Positions 26,844 to 39,204 of a DNA stretch of 64,000 nucleotides are shown here, in pieces. The DNA is from Leucoraja ocellata. Taxonomy: Eukaryota. Position numbers and translations under genes: made by a program. Every line of letters starts with the position of its first letter. Position 1 is the stretch's first letter. The notes beneath the pieces were generated by a model that saw only the letters and a list, made by a program, of their open reading frames with translations, searched no databases and was not told where the DNA came from. The stretch spans positions 11,036,001 through 11,100,000 of the forward strand of contig JAWMAR010000034.1 of NCBI GenBank assembly GCA_036785375.1. Reading direction: 5' to 3'.

Positions 26844-27001
26844 CAGATGCTGGAATCTTAAACAAGAACTACAGATGCTGGAATCTTAAACAAGAACTAC
26901 AGATGCTGGAATCTTAAACAAGAACTACAGATGCTGGAATCTTAAACAAGAACTACAGATGCTGGAATCTTAAACAAGAACTACAGATGCTGGAATCTTA
27001 A
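26844..27001 (+). repeat. 28-bp tandem repeat (cagatgctggaatcttaaacaagaacta) x5.6
   Basis: Identical units at 26844, 26872, 26900, 26928 and 26956; derived from the Penelope terminus. Confidence 0.95.
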
Positions 27002-27314
27002 GCAAAACACCAAGTACTGGAGGAACTCAGCGCGAGGATCTGGTAAGGAATGAATGGTGAGGTTTCAGGTCGGGACCCTTCTTTAGAACGAGTCTGAATT
27101 CAAATTTGAATTAGTCAAAGTCTAAAGATGGATCCTGTCCAAAAACGTGGCCTCTCCATTTCGTCCTCAGTTGCTGCCTGACCCCTGGGTTCCTCCAGTA
27201 CTTTGTGTCTTGAACTAAATTAGAAACTTCTGTAATTAAAACCGAAGTCTCTGACCATGAGATGATCTTCATGAATAATGTTTCTTTAATGTTTCAGAGC
27301 AAGGAAGAACTTAC

Positions 27315-27530
27315 TAGCAGTTGATGACTCCACCAAAGATCATGCAGTAGAACGGCAACAATCCACTTGTGTTCAATCCCCCGCTGGGCCAGCTGCTGTG
27401 GGCTGTGTGCTGCGTGACAACCTTCTCTGTGTTCCTCAGTACCTTGATTCTCATCTGCAAGGTAGCCAATCGTGTTACTGTGCTTCCGTTACTAGTTCCT
27501 GAGTCCAGGAAACCACACTGAAGAAGTGAA
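27315..27530 (-). promoter_or_regulatory. Putative non-coding first exon and promoter of the JAML-like gene
   Basis: gtaagt donor at 27314 on the minus strand. ETS cores (CGGAAG, AGGAA), RUNX (AACCACA) and CCAAT cluster at 27465-27520. The leader exon has an acceptor, so an upstream exon is required. Confidence 0.4.
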
Positions 27531-27779
27531 GGAGATGATTTTAGTTGCACTTTTCTCATTTTTTAAAAAGCAGCTGTCTCGTTACTGAAGAGCTGAGCTC
27601 TTTGTAATAAACCTTTTTTTAATGTTTTAGAACAAATGTCATCAAATTAAAAGCTAATATCTATATGGTGTGTTTTACTTCCCTGTCAGAATATCCAAAG
27701 TGCTTTACAGGCAATGCAGCATTGCATTACATGCTTTTTACAGGATGTCCATAAGCAATTTACATCCAATGAAAATAAA

Positions 27780-28202
27780 CACAGAGTGCTGGAGTAACTC
27801 AGCGGGTCAGGCAGCATCTGTGGAGAACATGGATAGGTGACGTTTCACAGAGTGCTGGAGTAACTCAGTGGGTCAGGCAGCATCTATGGAGCTATGGAAA
27901 TAGGCAACATTTCGGGCCGAAACGTTGCCTATTTCCAGAAGGATTTTGGCCCGAAACGTTTCCTATTTCCTTAGCTCCATAGATGCTGCTGCACCATAAC
28001 TGAATGGGTCAGGCAGCATCTGTGGAGAACATGGATAGCTGACATTTCACAGAGTGCTGGAGTAACTCAGCGGGTCAGGCAGCATCTGTGGACAACATGG
28101 ATAGGTGACGTTTCACAGAGTGCTGGAGTAACTCAGCGGGTCAGGCAGCATCTGTGGAGAACATGGATAGGAGATATTTCGGGTTGGGACCCTGCTTCAG
28201 AC
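27780..28202 (-). repeat. Tandem and inverted array of about 66-bp Penelope terminal units
   Basis: cacagagtgctggagtaactcagcgggtcaggcagcatctgtggagaacatggataggtgacgttt repeated, with an inverted piece at about 27930-27995. Confidence 0.85.
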
Positions 28203-28782
28203 TTGATAGCAACAGGACTGTAGATCAGTGCATGTTCCTTTAACCATAGTGACCTCCCCACTACTAACCACTCCCCATTGTCTCCAGTATAATTGTAGTG
28301 TCCCCACCTCTAGCTCGCTCTCTAGCTCCAGTGATGACCACAGACAGCTACAGCTTAGTGTAAAAGAGTTAGTTTAATAAACAGTTACAGTAAAAGACTT
28401 GTGTGTGCAATAAGTCATTTTTACAGGGACAAAGTGGGAAAATAATTGGGGCTGGGACAAAGCCTGGCAGGTTGTAGGTGGATACAGGTGAGTGGGGTGG
28501 GGGGGGGGGGGGAATTGCTTGGCAGACAGTTGGACAAAGGCCAGAAATGAGTGGGAGAGATGGGTGTGCATCCGGGTGGGACACGGGGAATAACTCCTAT
28601 TACATGTTGTTGGAGTAATTCTAGTCCTTTAACAAGTTCACTAGACCATCCGGCCCATCAAGTCCACTCTGTCATTCAATCATGGCTGATCACTGCCTCC
28701 TAATCCCTGTCATCCTTGACACCCATTCTAATCAAGAATTTGGCCATCTCTGCCTTAAAAATATCCACTGACTTAGCCACAA

Positions 28783-29234
28783 GAATGGCATGCTTGCCAT
28801 CCACTGCCCCACTGTGTGCTTAAAGTTCCATCTTTTGTCAAAGCCCAGCGCCACTCTCTTCCAGTCAACTGGTTGTACAGTCCATCACATCATCTCCATT
28901 CACCCATTGAGACCTCTTCTTGTGCTTCCTCTTCACCCTTGCTCTTCCCCTTCTGCCTTTCTTAAAAGGCTGCTGAAGCAAAAGGGCTCCTGCAAACAGC
29001 AGTTGTATTTTTATGAACATTCTCCAAACTAGTTCCTTCCTTGCTTGCATGGTTCAGAATGATTTAGCAGAGACCATCCTCGAGTAAACATACATGGTCG
29101 AAGCCAGTCTTTAACATAATCGAAGGAGGTCTTCTTCATAGTTGAGGGAGGTCTCAACATAGTCGTAAGAGGTCGTACACATAGTCGTGGAAGGTCGTAG
29201 GAGGTCGCAGAGGTCACGAAAGTGGGACAGGGGC
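28783..29234 (+). mobile_element. Partial copy of the same Harbinger element, opposite orientation
   Basis: Reverse complement of 47171-48115, lacking the nested insert; ends gtgggacaggggct-ttaa; interrupts a CR1 remnant. Confidence 0.85.
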
Positions 29235-30472
29235 TTTAAAGAGTGCCCTTTAATTCTGAGGCTATGACCTCTGGTCCTAGTCTCTCTCTCTCTCCCTTTC
29301 TCTCTCCCTCTCCCTCCATCTTGTGCCCTCTTAATTACCTGTCCCCTTCTCGTTTTCTCTATCAAAATGTAATGCTTTTCCTTTCTCAGCATTAAATTTG
29401 ATCTACTATCAATCCATCCATTCATCCTACCTGTCTTCGCATCACAGGTTCAGTTCACCTCCAAGATATCGTTATCTGCAAATTAGGAAATTATTCCCGA
29501 TATGCCCGATTCAAAGTTAGTAATATATATTAAGAGGTGCAGCATTTCTGTGGTTCTTGATAGCTAAATCAATATTTTTGTTTCTTGGTAGCCAATGTTG
29601 TTATCATCTGCTACAGACTCCTTTATTCCATGGTCTTCAAGCCACAGTGACAAACTGTAATGTGGCACTTCATTAAACACCTTTGGGAAGTCCATTTCTA
29701 ATGCATCGACCACTTTTTCCTCAGAAGCTGCCGACTGATTTGAAGTGTTCAATGGTGTTCGCTGGTGCCATGACCACTTTGTTTCTTTAATATACATCAA
29801 TAAGTTAAAATTGGGCATTGAGATTTGATCATGTAAGTTGTTTTAACTGTCAGCTTCAGTCAACAAGTTAAGATAGAACTTCACTAATGAGTCAATATAT
29901 TTCTCTGATCTGGAAAGCCAAAGACCATTTTTCAAACAGACCAAAACGCATCAGTTTGGAACCGGCAGTGGGGAAATTTACAGGTGACCACATCAGTTTA
30001 TCTCTGCTGTCTTCAGGTACACCAACACTGGTTTCAGTTACACCACAACTCATTGAAACCAAAGCTTACATCATAACGGTATATTACCTTGCACATCACG
30101 AAAAGGAAACAGAACAGAAAGGAATATAGGAACGCCTAATTAGCAACACCGTTAAATTGCAATGGAACCAAGGACTAGAATAAAGATGGATTCCAATGTA
30201 AAACATACAACTAAAGTCTAAGATAATTTATAGTAGCTATTCTATCATGTTAGAGAACGACATGAGATCAGAGATCTCTACTGTAAGGAGTGAGAGAGAA
30301 GCCATCCATTTGAAGTAAGATAGCTCAGGATCCATGCCATTGCTCAGGAGTTCCAATGCTTTAAACTGAGCTTCCTACATTGGCCATAACATCAAAATGG
30401 TATCTCCAACACTCAAAGAAAACAAATGTCAAACTGACTAACAAAGCAAAAGGCTGCTGATACCAAAAGTCT

Positions 30473-30722
30473 GAGAGAAGAGGAGGAGTGAAATGAATGG
30501 AAGAGGACAAAGGGGAGGGGAAGATGGACAGGGGGCATTTAAAGATTGCCTCAGAATTAACAAGATGTATCTTCCCGTTTCAGCATTTTCTCTTGCTCCT
30601 TCTCCAAGATGCTGAAACAGGAAGATACATCTTGTTAATTCTGAGGCAATCTTTAAATGCCCCCTGTCCATCTTCCCCTCCCCTTTGTCCTCTTCCATTC
30701 ATTTCACTCCTCCTCTTCTCTC
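30473..30722. repeat. Long near-perfect inverted repeat (114-bp arms, 22-nt spacer)
   Basis: 30473-30586 is the reverse complement of 30609-30722 with one mismatch. Confidence 0.95.
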
Positions 30723-31407
30723 CTTATGGACAATAGACAATAGGTGCAGGAGTAGGCCATTTGGCCCTTCGAGCCAGCATCGCCATTCAATGTGATCATG
30801 GCTGATCATCCACAATCAGTACCCCATTCCTGCCTCCTCCCCAAATCACCGGACTCCGCTATCTTTCAGAGCCCTATCAAGCTCCCTCTTGAAAGTATCC
30901 AGATAGGTTGTGGGCCGAGTAGCTTTTTTGTTCAAGTTCATGACCCAACTCACGGAACTACATGAATTTTTAACATATTGTGTAAAAATATTATATAAAT
31001 CATACCTGAAACTCGTCAAGAAAAAACCCTGCTAATTTTTTTAAAATATGAGAAAAAGCTCCAATTTTCCAAGTAGTAATTGTCCAATAAATGCACGTTT
31101 GACATTGAGGTCGGACGCAAATTGACCAACCCCGCACTTTGTTTTATGGTCGCTTGGCAGGGAGGACCCTTGGACCATGGCTGCCTCCTCATTACATCAA
31201 AACAATAACAAGGTTTCCAAGGAATAAAGGTAATGCTCACCTTGCTGATAATTTGTTTTTCAATTGATTTATCTTTATAAAGTTATGATGTGAACTGTTA
31301 AATAAAAATGATAAATAATAGTCGGTCATTCAGTCAGTCAATCGGTCAATCGGTCAGTCTGTCGGTCGGGCTTGTCGGTAGGCCGATGGATGCTGTGGAG
31401 GATCGTT

Positions 31408-31690
31408 TGGGCTGCTGGGCCACCGGTGGGTGGTGAGTTGGGCTGCTGGGCCGTGGTGAGAGTTGGGCTGCTGGGCTGGGCTGGGCCATCGGTGGGTGGT
31501 GAGATGGGCTGCCGGGCCGGGCCATCGGTGGGTGGTGAGAGTTGGGCTGCTGGGCTGGGCTGGGCCATCGGTGGGTGGTGAGAGTTGGGCTGCTGGGCTG
31601 GGCTGGGCCATCGGTGGGTGGTGAGAGTTGGGCTACTGGGCCATCGGTGGGTGGTGAGTTGGGCTGCCGGGCCGGGCCACCGGTGGGTGC
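31408..31690 (+). repeat. G-rich minisatellite (about 44-bp unit)
   Basis: gggccatcggtgggtggtgagagttgggctgctgggctgggct repeats. Confidence 0.9.
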
Positions 31691-31974
31691 TGCGAGTGAT
31701 CGGACGGCCGTTGTTACAGCGAGCGTGCGGGCGGACTGACAGAGCCAGCGCCATGGCGGTGCTGAAGGTGGCCCGTGCGGCGTGCAGGGCAGTGCTGCTC
31801 CCCACCATCATCACCACGATGATCGATCCAGAAGGGCATGCTGGCCGAGGTGGACACGCATGGAATTAGGCTCACCATGGTGCAATATGGGCATTGGACA
31901 ATAGATGGCGCTTACTTTTTCGATCTCATTTTCTAATTAGTTTAATTAATTAATGTGCACCTTTTGGCACTGAC

Positions 31975-32292
31975 ATAGAAACATAGACAATAGATGCCGG
32001 AGTAGGCCATTCGGCCCTTCGAGCCTGCACCACCATTCAATATGATCATGGCTGATCATCCAACTCAGCATCCTGTACCTGCCTTCTCTCCATACCCCCT
32101 GATCCCTTTAGCCACAAGGGCCACATCTAACTCCCTCTTAAATATAGCCAATGAACTGTGGCCTCAACTACCTTCTGTGGCAGAGAATTCCACAGATTCA
32201 CCACTCTGTGTGAAAAATGTTTTCCTCATCTCAGTCCTAAAAGATTTCCCCCTTATCCTTAAACTGTGACCCCTTGTTCTGGACTTCCCCAA
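31975..32292 (-). mobile_element. CR1 LINE 3' end nested in a TIR element
   Basis: Near-identical to 3531-3850. Confidence 0.9.
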
Positions 32293-32454
32293 CTGACGAG
32301 AATGACTTTCGTCTCAATTATATGTTATCTAAATCTGTGCAAAATTGAACGTCGTTCCGAGACATGGGTCGTGAAAGTTAAATTCAAGACACATTTTTGA
32401 TGCTCGGCCCACAGTCAACAGCGAGTGAGGCAGCATCTATGGAGCGAAGGACTT

Positions 32455-32487
32455 GGTGACGTTTCAGGTCGAGACCTTTCTTCAGAC
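32455..32487 (-). ncRNA. Minimal type I hammerhead ribozyme-like motif
   Basis: Minus strand GT-CTGAAGA-A-AGGTC-TC-GACCT-GAAAC-GTC-ACC. Confidence 0.55.
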
Positions 32488-34566
32488 GTCTGAAGGGTCT
32501 CAACCCAAAACGTCGCCTATTCCTTCGCTCCATAGATGCTGCCTCACCCACTGAGTTTCTCCAGCATTTTGTGTCTGTCTTCCATTTAAACCAACATCTT
32601 CCTACACACATAACCATCTGCACCTTGATGATTAGAAACATTTGGCTCTTTGCTGCCCTCAGCTAGGCGATGATGAGATAGGAAATGGCTCAGAATCACA
32701 CTGCTAACTAGTCTTGGCCTTTATTTCCATTCATCCCAACCTTCCAAATTACCAAGCATCCTGAAGTATTGACTTGCCAGAAGATGTCACCCTGCAACCA
32801 CATACCTATAGAGTGGATGTGGAGAGAATGTTTCCACTAATGGGAAAATCTAGGACCAGAGGGCGTAGTCTCGGAATAAAAGGAAATCATGGGAGACTCC
32901 TTCCACCCATGCAACGGACTGTTCCAGCTGCTACGGTCAGGCAAACGCCTAAGTTGCCATGCTGTGAGAACGGAGAGATTGAGAAGGAGTTTCTTCCCAG
33001 AGGCCATTCGGACTGTAAATCTCACCAGGGACTAACTCTACTGAACGTTTTTCCTTCCAATATTTAATATGTAAAAGAATATGTGTGTGTTTATGATTGT
33101 GTTTATAGTTTGTTTGGCTGTTTGTTTGTCTTTTCGCGAGCATTGCCACTTTTCATTTCACTGCACATCTCGTATGTGTATGTGACGAATAAACTTGACT
33201 TGACTGTACCTTTAGAATGGAAATGAGGAGGAATTTGTTTAATCAGAGTGCGGCGAATCTGTGAAATTCATCTCCACAGATGGTGGTGGACGCCAACATT
33301 GGGTACTTTTAAAGAGGGGAAAGATAGGTTCTTCATTAGTAAGGATGTCCATGGTTCCAGGGAGAAGGCAGGAGAATGGTGTTGAGAAGGAAAAATAGAT
33401 CAGCCATGGTGGACAAACTCAATGGGCTGAATGGCCTAATTTTGCTCCTATATCTTATGAACACAGGTGATCACTGGCTGTACGAGCCCGTGCAAGTTTC
33501 TAGTAGAACCTATTCCAATGTAGTCCCATGACAAGCAGATTTTTCCTTCCGTACCCAAGTAAATGCAACCTACCCAGGTCAATATGTCACAATTTCTCAC
33601 ATGATACACCTATATGGTCTGTTAATAATTTAAATGATGAAGAATGCCACTTTTATATTCATTTAGTGTTTCTGTTACAATTCAGTAATTCTATTACAAT
33701 TCCCTCCAAATCTTCAAACACAAGGTTGGCATGAAAGTAATGGAGCAAAGGTTTTTTTTTTATGTGCTCCTGTATATAACATTGGTAAATTCAATCTTTC
33801 CACATTGGATTTGAACCCAGGACTGATGGCTGAACGCACTGTAACACATATAATACAACACAATTGGAATACCAAGACATGAGATATGCAATCATTTTTT
33901 GATTCATTATATTTCAATCTCAAAATAACATGTCATTTCACGATACAATTCATCACAAGCACAGAGAAAAATCATATAGTAAGTAAACATTAAAAACAAA
34001 ACAAAATGGTTTAAGCCTCAATAGTTCAACACTTCATTTCAGATGCTGTATTATTCATCACTAAAAACCAACAGTACATTTCTAAAATATTTAAAATACA
34101 AGGACAATTTTATGGCACAGAATTTAGTTTTAATGCTTGTAATCTGATTCACAATAATCTAGATCCTCAGCAATCATTCTATTCCCATTATAATATCTTT
34201 CATAATTAAAACTGGACAGCCAGGCATCACCTGTACCCAAAATGTGAAGTGCTCAGTGATACTACAGCACTTGCTTCAATAGTACATCGAGGCCATGATA
34301 CACAAGTCTTCCAGATATTCTGTGCTACATTCAATGCAGGCTTTCCACAAAATTACATCCAATCTGCAAAGAGATATGGAAGTGGCGTCCACACCACATC
34401 TCACACAAGGCTACAGTTTATATTGCTTACTTCAAACTGCTCTCACTTGCAATAATGCAGAAAATATTAGCAGATCATTGAGTCGATTGTGGCAGAACAG
34501 TGCGGGACAAAGATAGGGAGCTCCATTGAGATTACAGCTGGGCAATAATGGGGAAATGAAAGTTGC

Positions 34567-34995
34567 TCATTCTTCTTTGTCAGCTGTGATGAATGCCCCA
34601 TCCATAAGCTTTCCCTTGGCCTTCAAGTTCCTCATGAAGTCCCGTGGTCCTTTGCCTTCCAAGGCTGACGGGTATTTGTAGGAGCCTCCAATTCGGTCCC
34701 ACAGTGTGAAGTACTGCCCATAGTTATAATCAAAGTACAGGTGGTGATCTGTGTGATGGGCCGACCCATTAATGATGCCCTCAAGAATTCTGGGCACTCT
34801 GTAGTCCCCATCGTGAATGGACACCGTCCAGATGTTGACAAAGACATAGAGACCCAGGTAGACCACTTTGTGCAGCGGGAAGAGGAATGGGTAGATGTGG
34901 TATGGGATACTCTGCATGAAACCATCCACTGGGTGAAAGGCATGACTTGCAAATGGCGTCGGAAGCTTCCAAATATGGTGGGGCTTGTGCAAGTG
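34567..34995 (-). CDS. SC5D: SC5D last coding exon
   Basis: [10 protein letters not shown]...ADKEE-stop. Confidence 0.97.
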   Translation of the reverse strand, partial: HLHKPHHIWKLPTPFASHAFHPVDGFMQSIPYHIYPFLFPLHKVVYLGLYVFVNIWTVSIHDGDYRVPRILEGIINGSAHHTDHHLYFDYNYGQYFTLWDRIGGSYKYPSALEGKGPRDFMRNLKAKGKLMDGAFITADKEE

Positions 34996-37900
34996 CTAAA
35001 GACAATACCAGAGGTTTAAAGAATCCACACATTAAGTGCTCATGTTAAAATTAAGAAACATTTGATATTACTTACAATACATTTCAAGCCCATCCTCACT
35101 ATGACTAATCAACTAACAGATAAAGCCGGGTCGATGAAATCATGGAATGTCATTGGCGTTTTATTAAATAAATATAATGCAAGGAGAATGAAGTCAAGAC
35201 CATATGTTCAGGCAACGCATTCAATGATCATTCTCAAACATCCACACATGAACATATGGATTTGCAGTGCCAGGGGCAGCACCATTGGGAGGTTTGGAAC
35301 TAATGGGGGAGTTGGCACAGGTACAACAGCACAAATGTGCTGGATTATGCAATGAAATAGCAGCTAGGCATTTGAACACCTTCTACATATGCATTTCTCA
35401 AATGTGTGCTAACGGCCATTTTCAGATCTCTACAACCAAATAAAACCTGTCACCCAACCCCAAGCTTCTTACTTTATAGAGGAGCCTGTGATGAAGAAAC
35501 CGATGGATCCAGTAGATACACATGTCTGTGAAGAAGAGGAAGGAGATCATACTGAGCACCACTCCAAACCAACCTAAAAAGAAAGAAGGTTGGAGTTTCA
35601 GTACAGAGATCACTCAGCCCTTCCAGATTACACAACAGCACTCGGGGTCACAGTCACAGATTTCTGATTTGGTGCTGGTGGGTAACTATGCAAACATTAA
35701 ACATTCTAATTCTCCACAGTCATTGTGCAGTTATGGTAACTTGCATCTGTACACCACAGTTAACATCTAAAACATTCAAAGATGCCTCCAAGACGATTAT
35801 AATACTTTGGCAGTGAAGCTGGAAAAAGTGGTATGTTCTAATATTGGACACGCAAGCTGGTTCCTTTGAACTTCTGGAAAAGAGTGGTTTTAAGTAAATC
35901 CCGATCTTAAGGCATTCATAGGCATAACAAAATCTAGCTTAGTTTAGTTTTTATTGTCATGTGTACTGAGGTAGAGTGAAGAGTTTTTGTTTTTACAGTA
36001 AAACAAGAAAATAGGAGCTGGAGCTAGCTGGCCATTTGGTTCCTCAATATGATCATAGAAACATAGAAATTAGGTGCAGGAGTAGGCCATTCGGCCCTTC
36101 GAGCCTGCACCGCCATTCAATATGATCATGGCTGATCATCCAACTCAGTATCCCGTACCTGCCTTCTCTCCATACCCCCTGATCCCCTTAGCCACAAGGG
36201 CCACATCTAACTCCCTCTTAAATATAGCCAATGAACTGGCCTCAACTATCCTCTGTGGCAGAGAGTTCCAGAGATTCACCACTCTCTGTGTGAAAAAAGT
36301 TCTCCTCATCTCGGTTTTAAAGGATTTCCCCCTTATCCTTAAGCTGTGACCACTTGTCCTGGACTTCCCCAAAATCGGGAACAATCTTCCTGCATCTAGC
36401 CTGTCCAACCCTTTAAGAATTTTGTAAGTTTCTATAAGATCCCCTCTCAATCTCCTAAATTCTAGAGAGTATAAACCAAGTCTATCCAGTCTTTCTTCAT
36501 AAGACAGTCCTGACATCCCAGGAATCAGTCTGGTGAACCTTCTCTGCACTCCCTCTATGGCAATAATGTCCTTCCTCAGATCATGGCTTATCTGTCCTTG
36601 TTCTCCAACCTCTTCTGTGCCAATTCCCCACATTCTTCAATTGAAAACATTTAGACAATTTTAGAACTCAGTAGGTTAGACAGCATCTGTGGAGAGAATG
36701 GACAGATAACATTCCAAGTCGGGACCCTTCTTCAGACAGATGGAATTGGGGGGGAGCGAATACTGGAAAAGAGAGTTGGGGGCAAAGTGAGGCCTGGCTA
36801 GTGATGGGTGGATACAGGTGAGGAAGAGGCGTGTGGTGATTGGCAGATGGGTGGAGATAGTGACAAAAACTAGAGGTGAAAAAGTATACATCTACATCCA
36901 TTTAAATTCCTCCGGCTAAATAGAGTAATAACCATCTATTTAAATTGATCCAGCATCTGCAACCTTGCAGAGTAGAACAATTTCAGAGATTTTCCATCCA
37001 CTGTGAAAAATATTCTGACACATCTCACTTGTAAACGACCACACTTGCATCTTACAACACGTTGGAGACTCTCCACGTGGAGGAAACATGGCAACAGACC
37101 CTTCCTGTTCTCAACCAAACCAAACTAGTAGGTTTAAAATTGCAGCCCTTCATTTCTAGTTTGCTGTTTGAGGATGGATTTCAGTGCAAGAAGATGAAAT
37201 AAAAGTGACAAATATTCAGCAGCCAAGTGGCAACACCACCAGGTTACCCACTTCCCAACTCTGTTGCACTTCGTTCTCAACACTTACCGTAAGGGGAATC
37301 CTCAATGTTATCGTACAATTTGCTGTAGCCACGGATTTCTGCAAAGAACAGTCCAACCGTTGGAATACTTATCCATGGAAGTGATTGCATAGCATACTTT
37401 ATTTCTCGTCGCACTTGATTCTATGGAGAGATAAAATAAGTTCATTCCAGGTGACCTCAATATTGCAGCCGTTTGGGCAAGGGAGATTTATCTTACAGAA
37501 TTCACTTGCCAAAATTTGAGTATAATAACATTTATGTAAAAAAATTACAGAATATGTAAAGGAAGTAAATAGATAAACTTTTGTTAAATGCAGATGATGT
37601 GGCTTTGATATACAGAAAATTGCATGACAGACAGTTTGAGGAATGCAACCCCCCCCCCCCCCATAATGCAAACGTTGCCTGTCACTCTTTCACTAACCTG
37701 TGTGCACTAGCAGTGTGCACTTCAATTTCGTTGGCTCACTAACATTGAGAAGCACCTGAACAACACAAAATATTATCAAATAGTGGTGCAGGGGAAGGTG
37801 CAGCAAGCCTAGATGCCTACGTCAGTCTCTCTCTCCTCAGACTGTGATGTTTCATTCTGCTTCAATAACAAAATATTTCCACATTCCAATCTTTCATGTT

Positions 37901-39204
37901 TCTCTTATATTATTTTGCCCGCAAAATAGCAACCACAAAAGCCAGTGAACATAATTTACTTTGAAGGCAAATTCTCCTGGATATTAATCTTCAAATAAGT
38001 TAAACTATAACTTTTCAAATCTCTCTTGATGCCCTTTTACACTCATACAATAAAGTAGTACAAATTGAATTAACATCACAGGCAAGGCAACACATACAAA
38101 GATAAGAATTTGCCATTGCAAGGAATAAAATAACTGCTTCACCTTTTAAATGCTTAGAAAGTTCAGCATATCCCCAACAGCCCTCAATAATTCCTACGGA
38201 TGCACTGTAGAAAGCATATCGGGATGCATCACGGCATGGTTTGGTTAACAGCTCTATCGAAGACAGCAAACCAACTCCCCTTCCATTGACTCCATATATA
38301 TCACCCTGCCTCGGCAAGGCCAGCAGCATAATCAAGGACCAGTCTCACTCTGGTCTGAAGAAGGGTTTCGGCCCGAAACGTTGCCTATTTCCTTCACTCC
38401 ATAGATGCTGCTGCACCCGCTGAGTTTCTCCAGCTTTTTTGTGTACCCTCACTCTGGTCACTCTCTTCTCCCTTCTCTAAGGAGGTACAGATGTTTGTAA
38501 ACGTATGCCTCCAGATTCAGAGACAGTTTCTTCCCAGTTATTATCAGGCAACTGAACCATCCTATCACCAGCTAGAGTGTGGTCCTGTCCTTTCATCTAC
38601 TTCGTTCCAGATATTTTAACTAACCTTAATCAGATTTCATCTTGCACTAAATATTGTATGCTGTATCCTTTAACTGTACACTGTGGACGGCTGGATTGTA
38701 ATCATGTATAGTATTTTCTTTGACTGGATAGCAAGCAACAAAAAGGTTTTCACTGTACCTCGGCACACGTGACAATAGTAATCTAAAATAAACTAAATCA
38801 ACTTTGGAAATGAGAGAGGAGGAGGCCATTTAAAACTGGATCAGTGAATCCAACTATGAGTGGTTTACATGCAGAGTACTCAATACCCAATACTGATTCG
38901 TGGTGTAAAACTCAAATCAAAACAGGTTGTCACATATTTCCATAGAAAAGGTTCTATGGAACATCCATAATAACACCCATTCAGTAAGACTTACTGGCAA
39001 ATATTGTGGATGTTTCTTCAGTGTATGATCAAAAATAAGATAATAGCTCAACATTCCAAAGAACAGATATATAGCGGTGGCTCCCAGGTTGGTTACAATG
39101 AGGAGACTGATTATCTGGCGTAGAGCACCACCCTCTGGCCAGGAGCTGGGATACACATACGGTGTGAAAACGTGGTCATCTGCGTAGCGTAGTACAATGT
39201 CCAT
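34567..39204 (-). CDS. SC5D: Lathosterol oxidase (sterol C5-desaturase), 290 aa, 4 coding exons
   Basis: Exons 39204-38995 (210 nt), 37420-37288 (133), 35573-35473 (101) and 34995-34567 (429). His boxes HRFLH, HKPHH and HTDHH are present, plus [11 protein letters not shown] and [15 protein letters not shown]. Confidence 0.97.
35473..35573 (-). CDS. SC5D: SC5D coding exon 3
   Basis: [34 protein letters not shown]. Confidence 0.95.
36055..36580 (-). mobile_element. CR1 LINE 3' fragment in an SC5D intron
   Basis: [21 protein letters not shown]...YGEKAGTGY, intact ORF end and tail. Confidence 0.92.
37288..37420 (-). CDS. SC5D: SC5D coding exon 2
   Basis: [44 protein letters not shown]; GT-AG boundaries. 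Confidence 0.95.
38352..38385 (+). ncRNA. Minimal type I hammerhead ribozyme-like motif in a short Penelope-derived insert
   Basis: GGT-CTGAAGA-A-GGGTTTCGGCCC-GAAAC-GTT-GCC has both core boxes, stem II, palindromic AACGTT stem III and a short stem I. Confidence 0.6.
38995..39204 (-). CDS. SC5D: SC5D first coding exon
   Basis: gccATGG Kozak context; [19 protein letters not shown]...KHPQYLP; acceptor 8 nt upstream; gtaagt donor. Confidence 0.95.

Larger units (their letters stand above)
30907..32416. mobile_element. Unclassified TIR element containing a minisatellite and a nested CR1
   Basis: Imperfect TIRs of about 70 bp: TGTGGGCCGAG...TTCA(T/C)GACCCA...CGGAAC at 30910-30970 and, reversed, at 32340-32412. 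Confidence 0.55.

Noticed and set aside
26844-27001. CRISPR-like array of 28-bp repeats
   Set aside because: Units are contiguous with no spacers, the context is eukaryotic, and the sequence derives from the Penelope terminus.
30438-30736. Mirror-image ORFs MEEDKGEGK... on both strands
   Set aside because: A direct consequence of the palindrome; no coding evidence.
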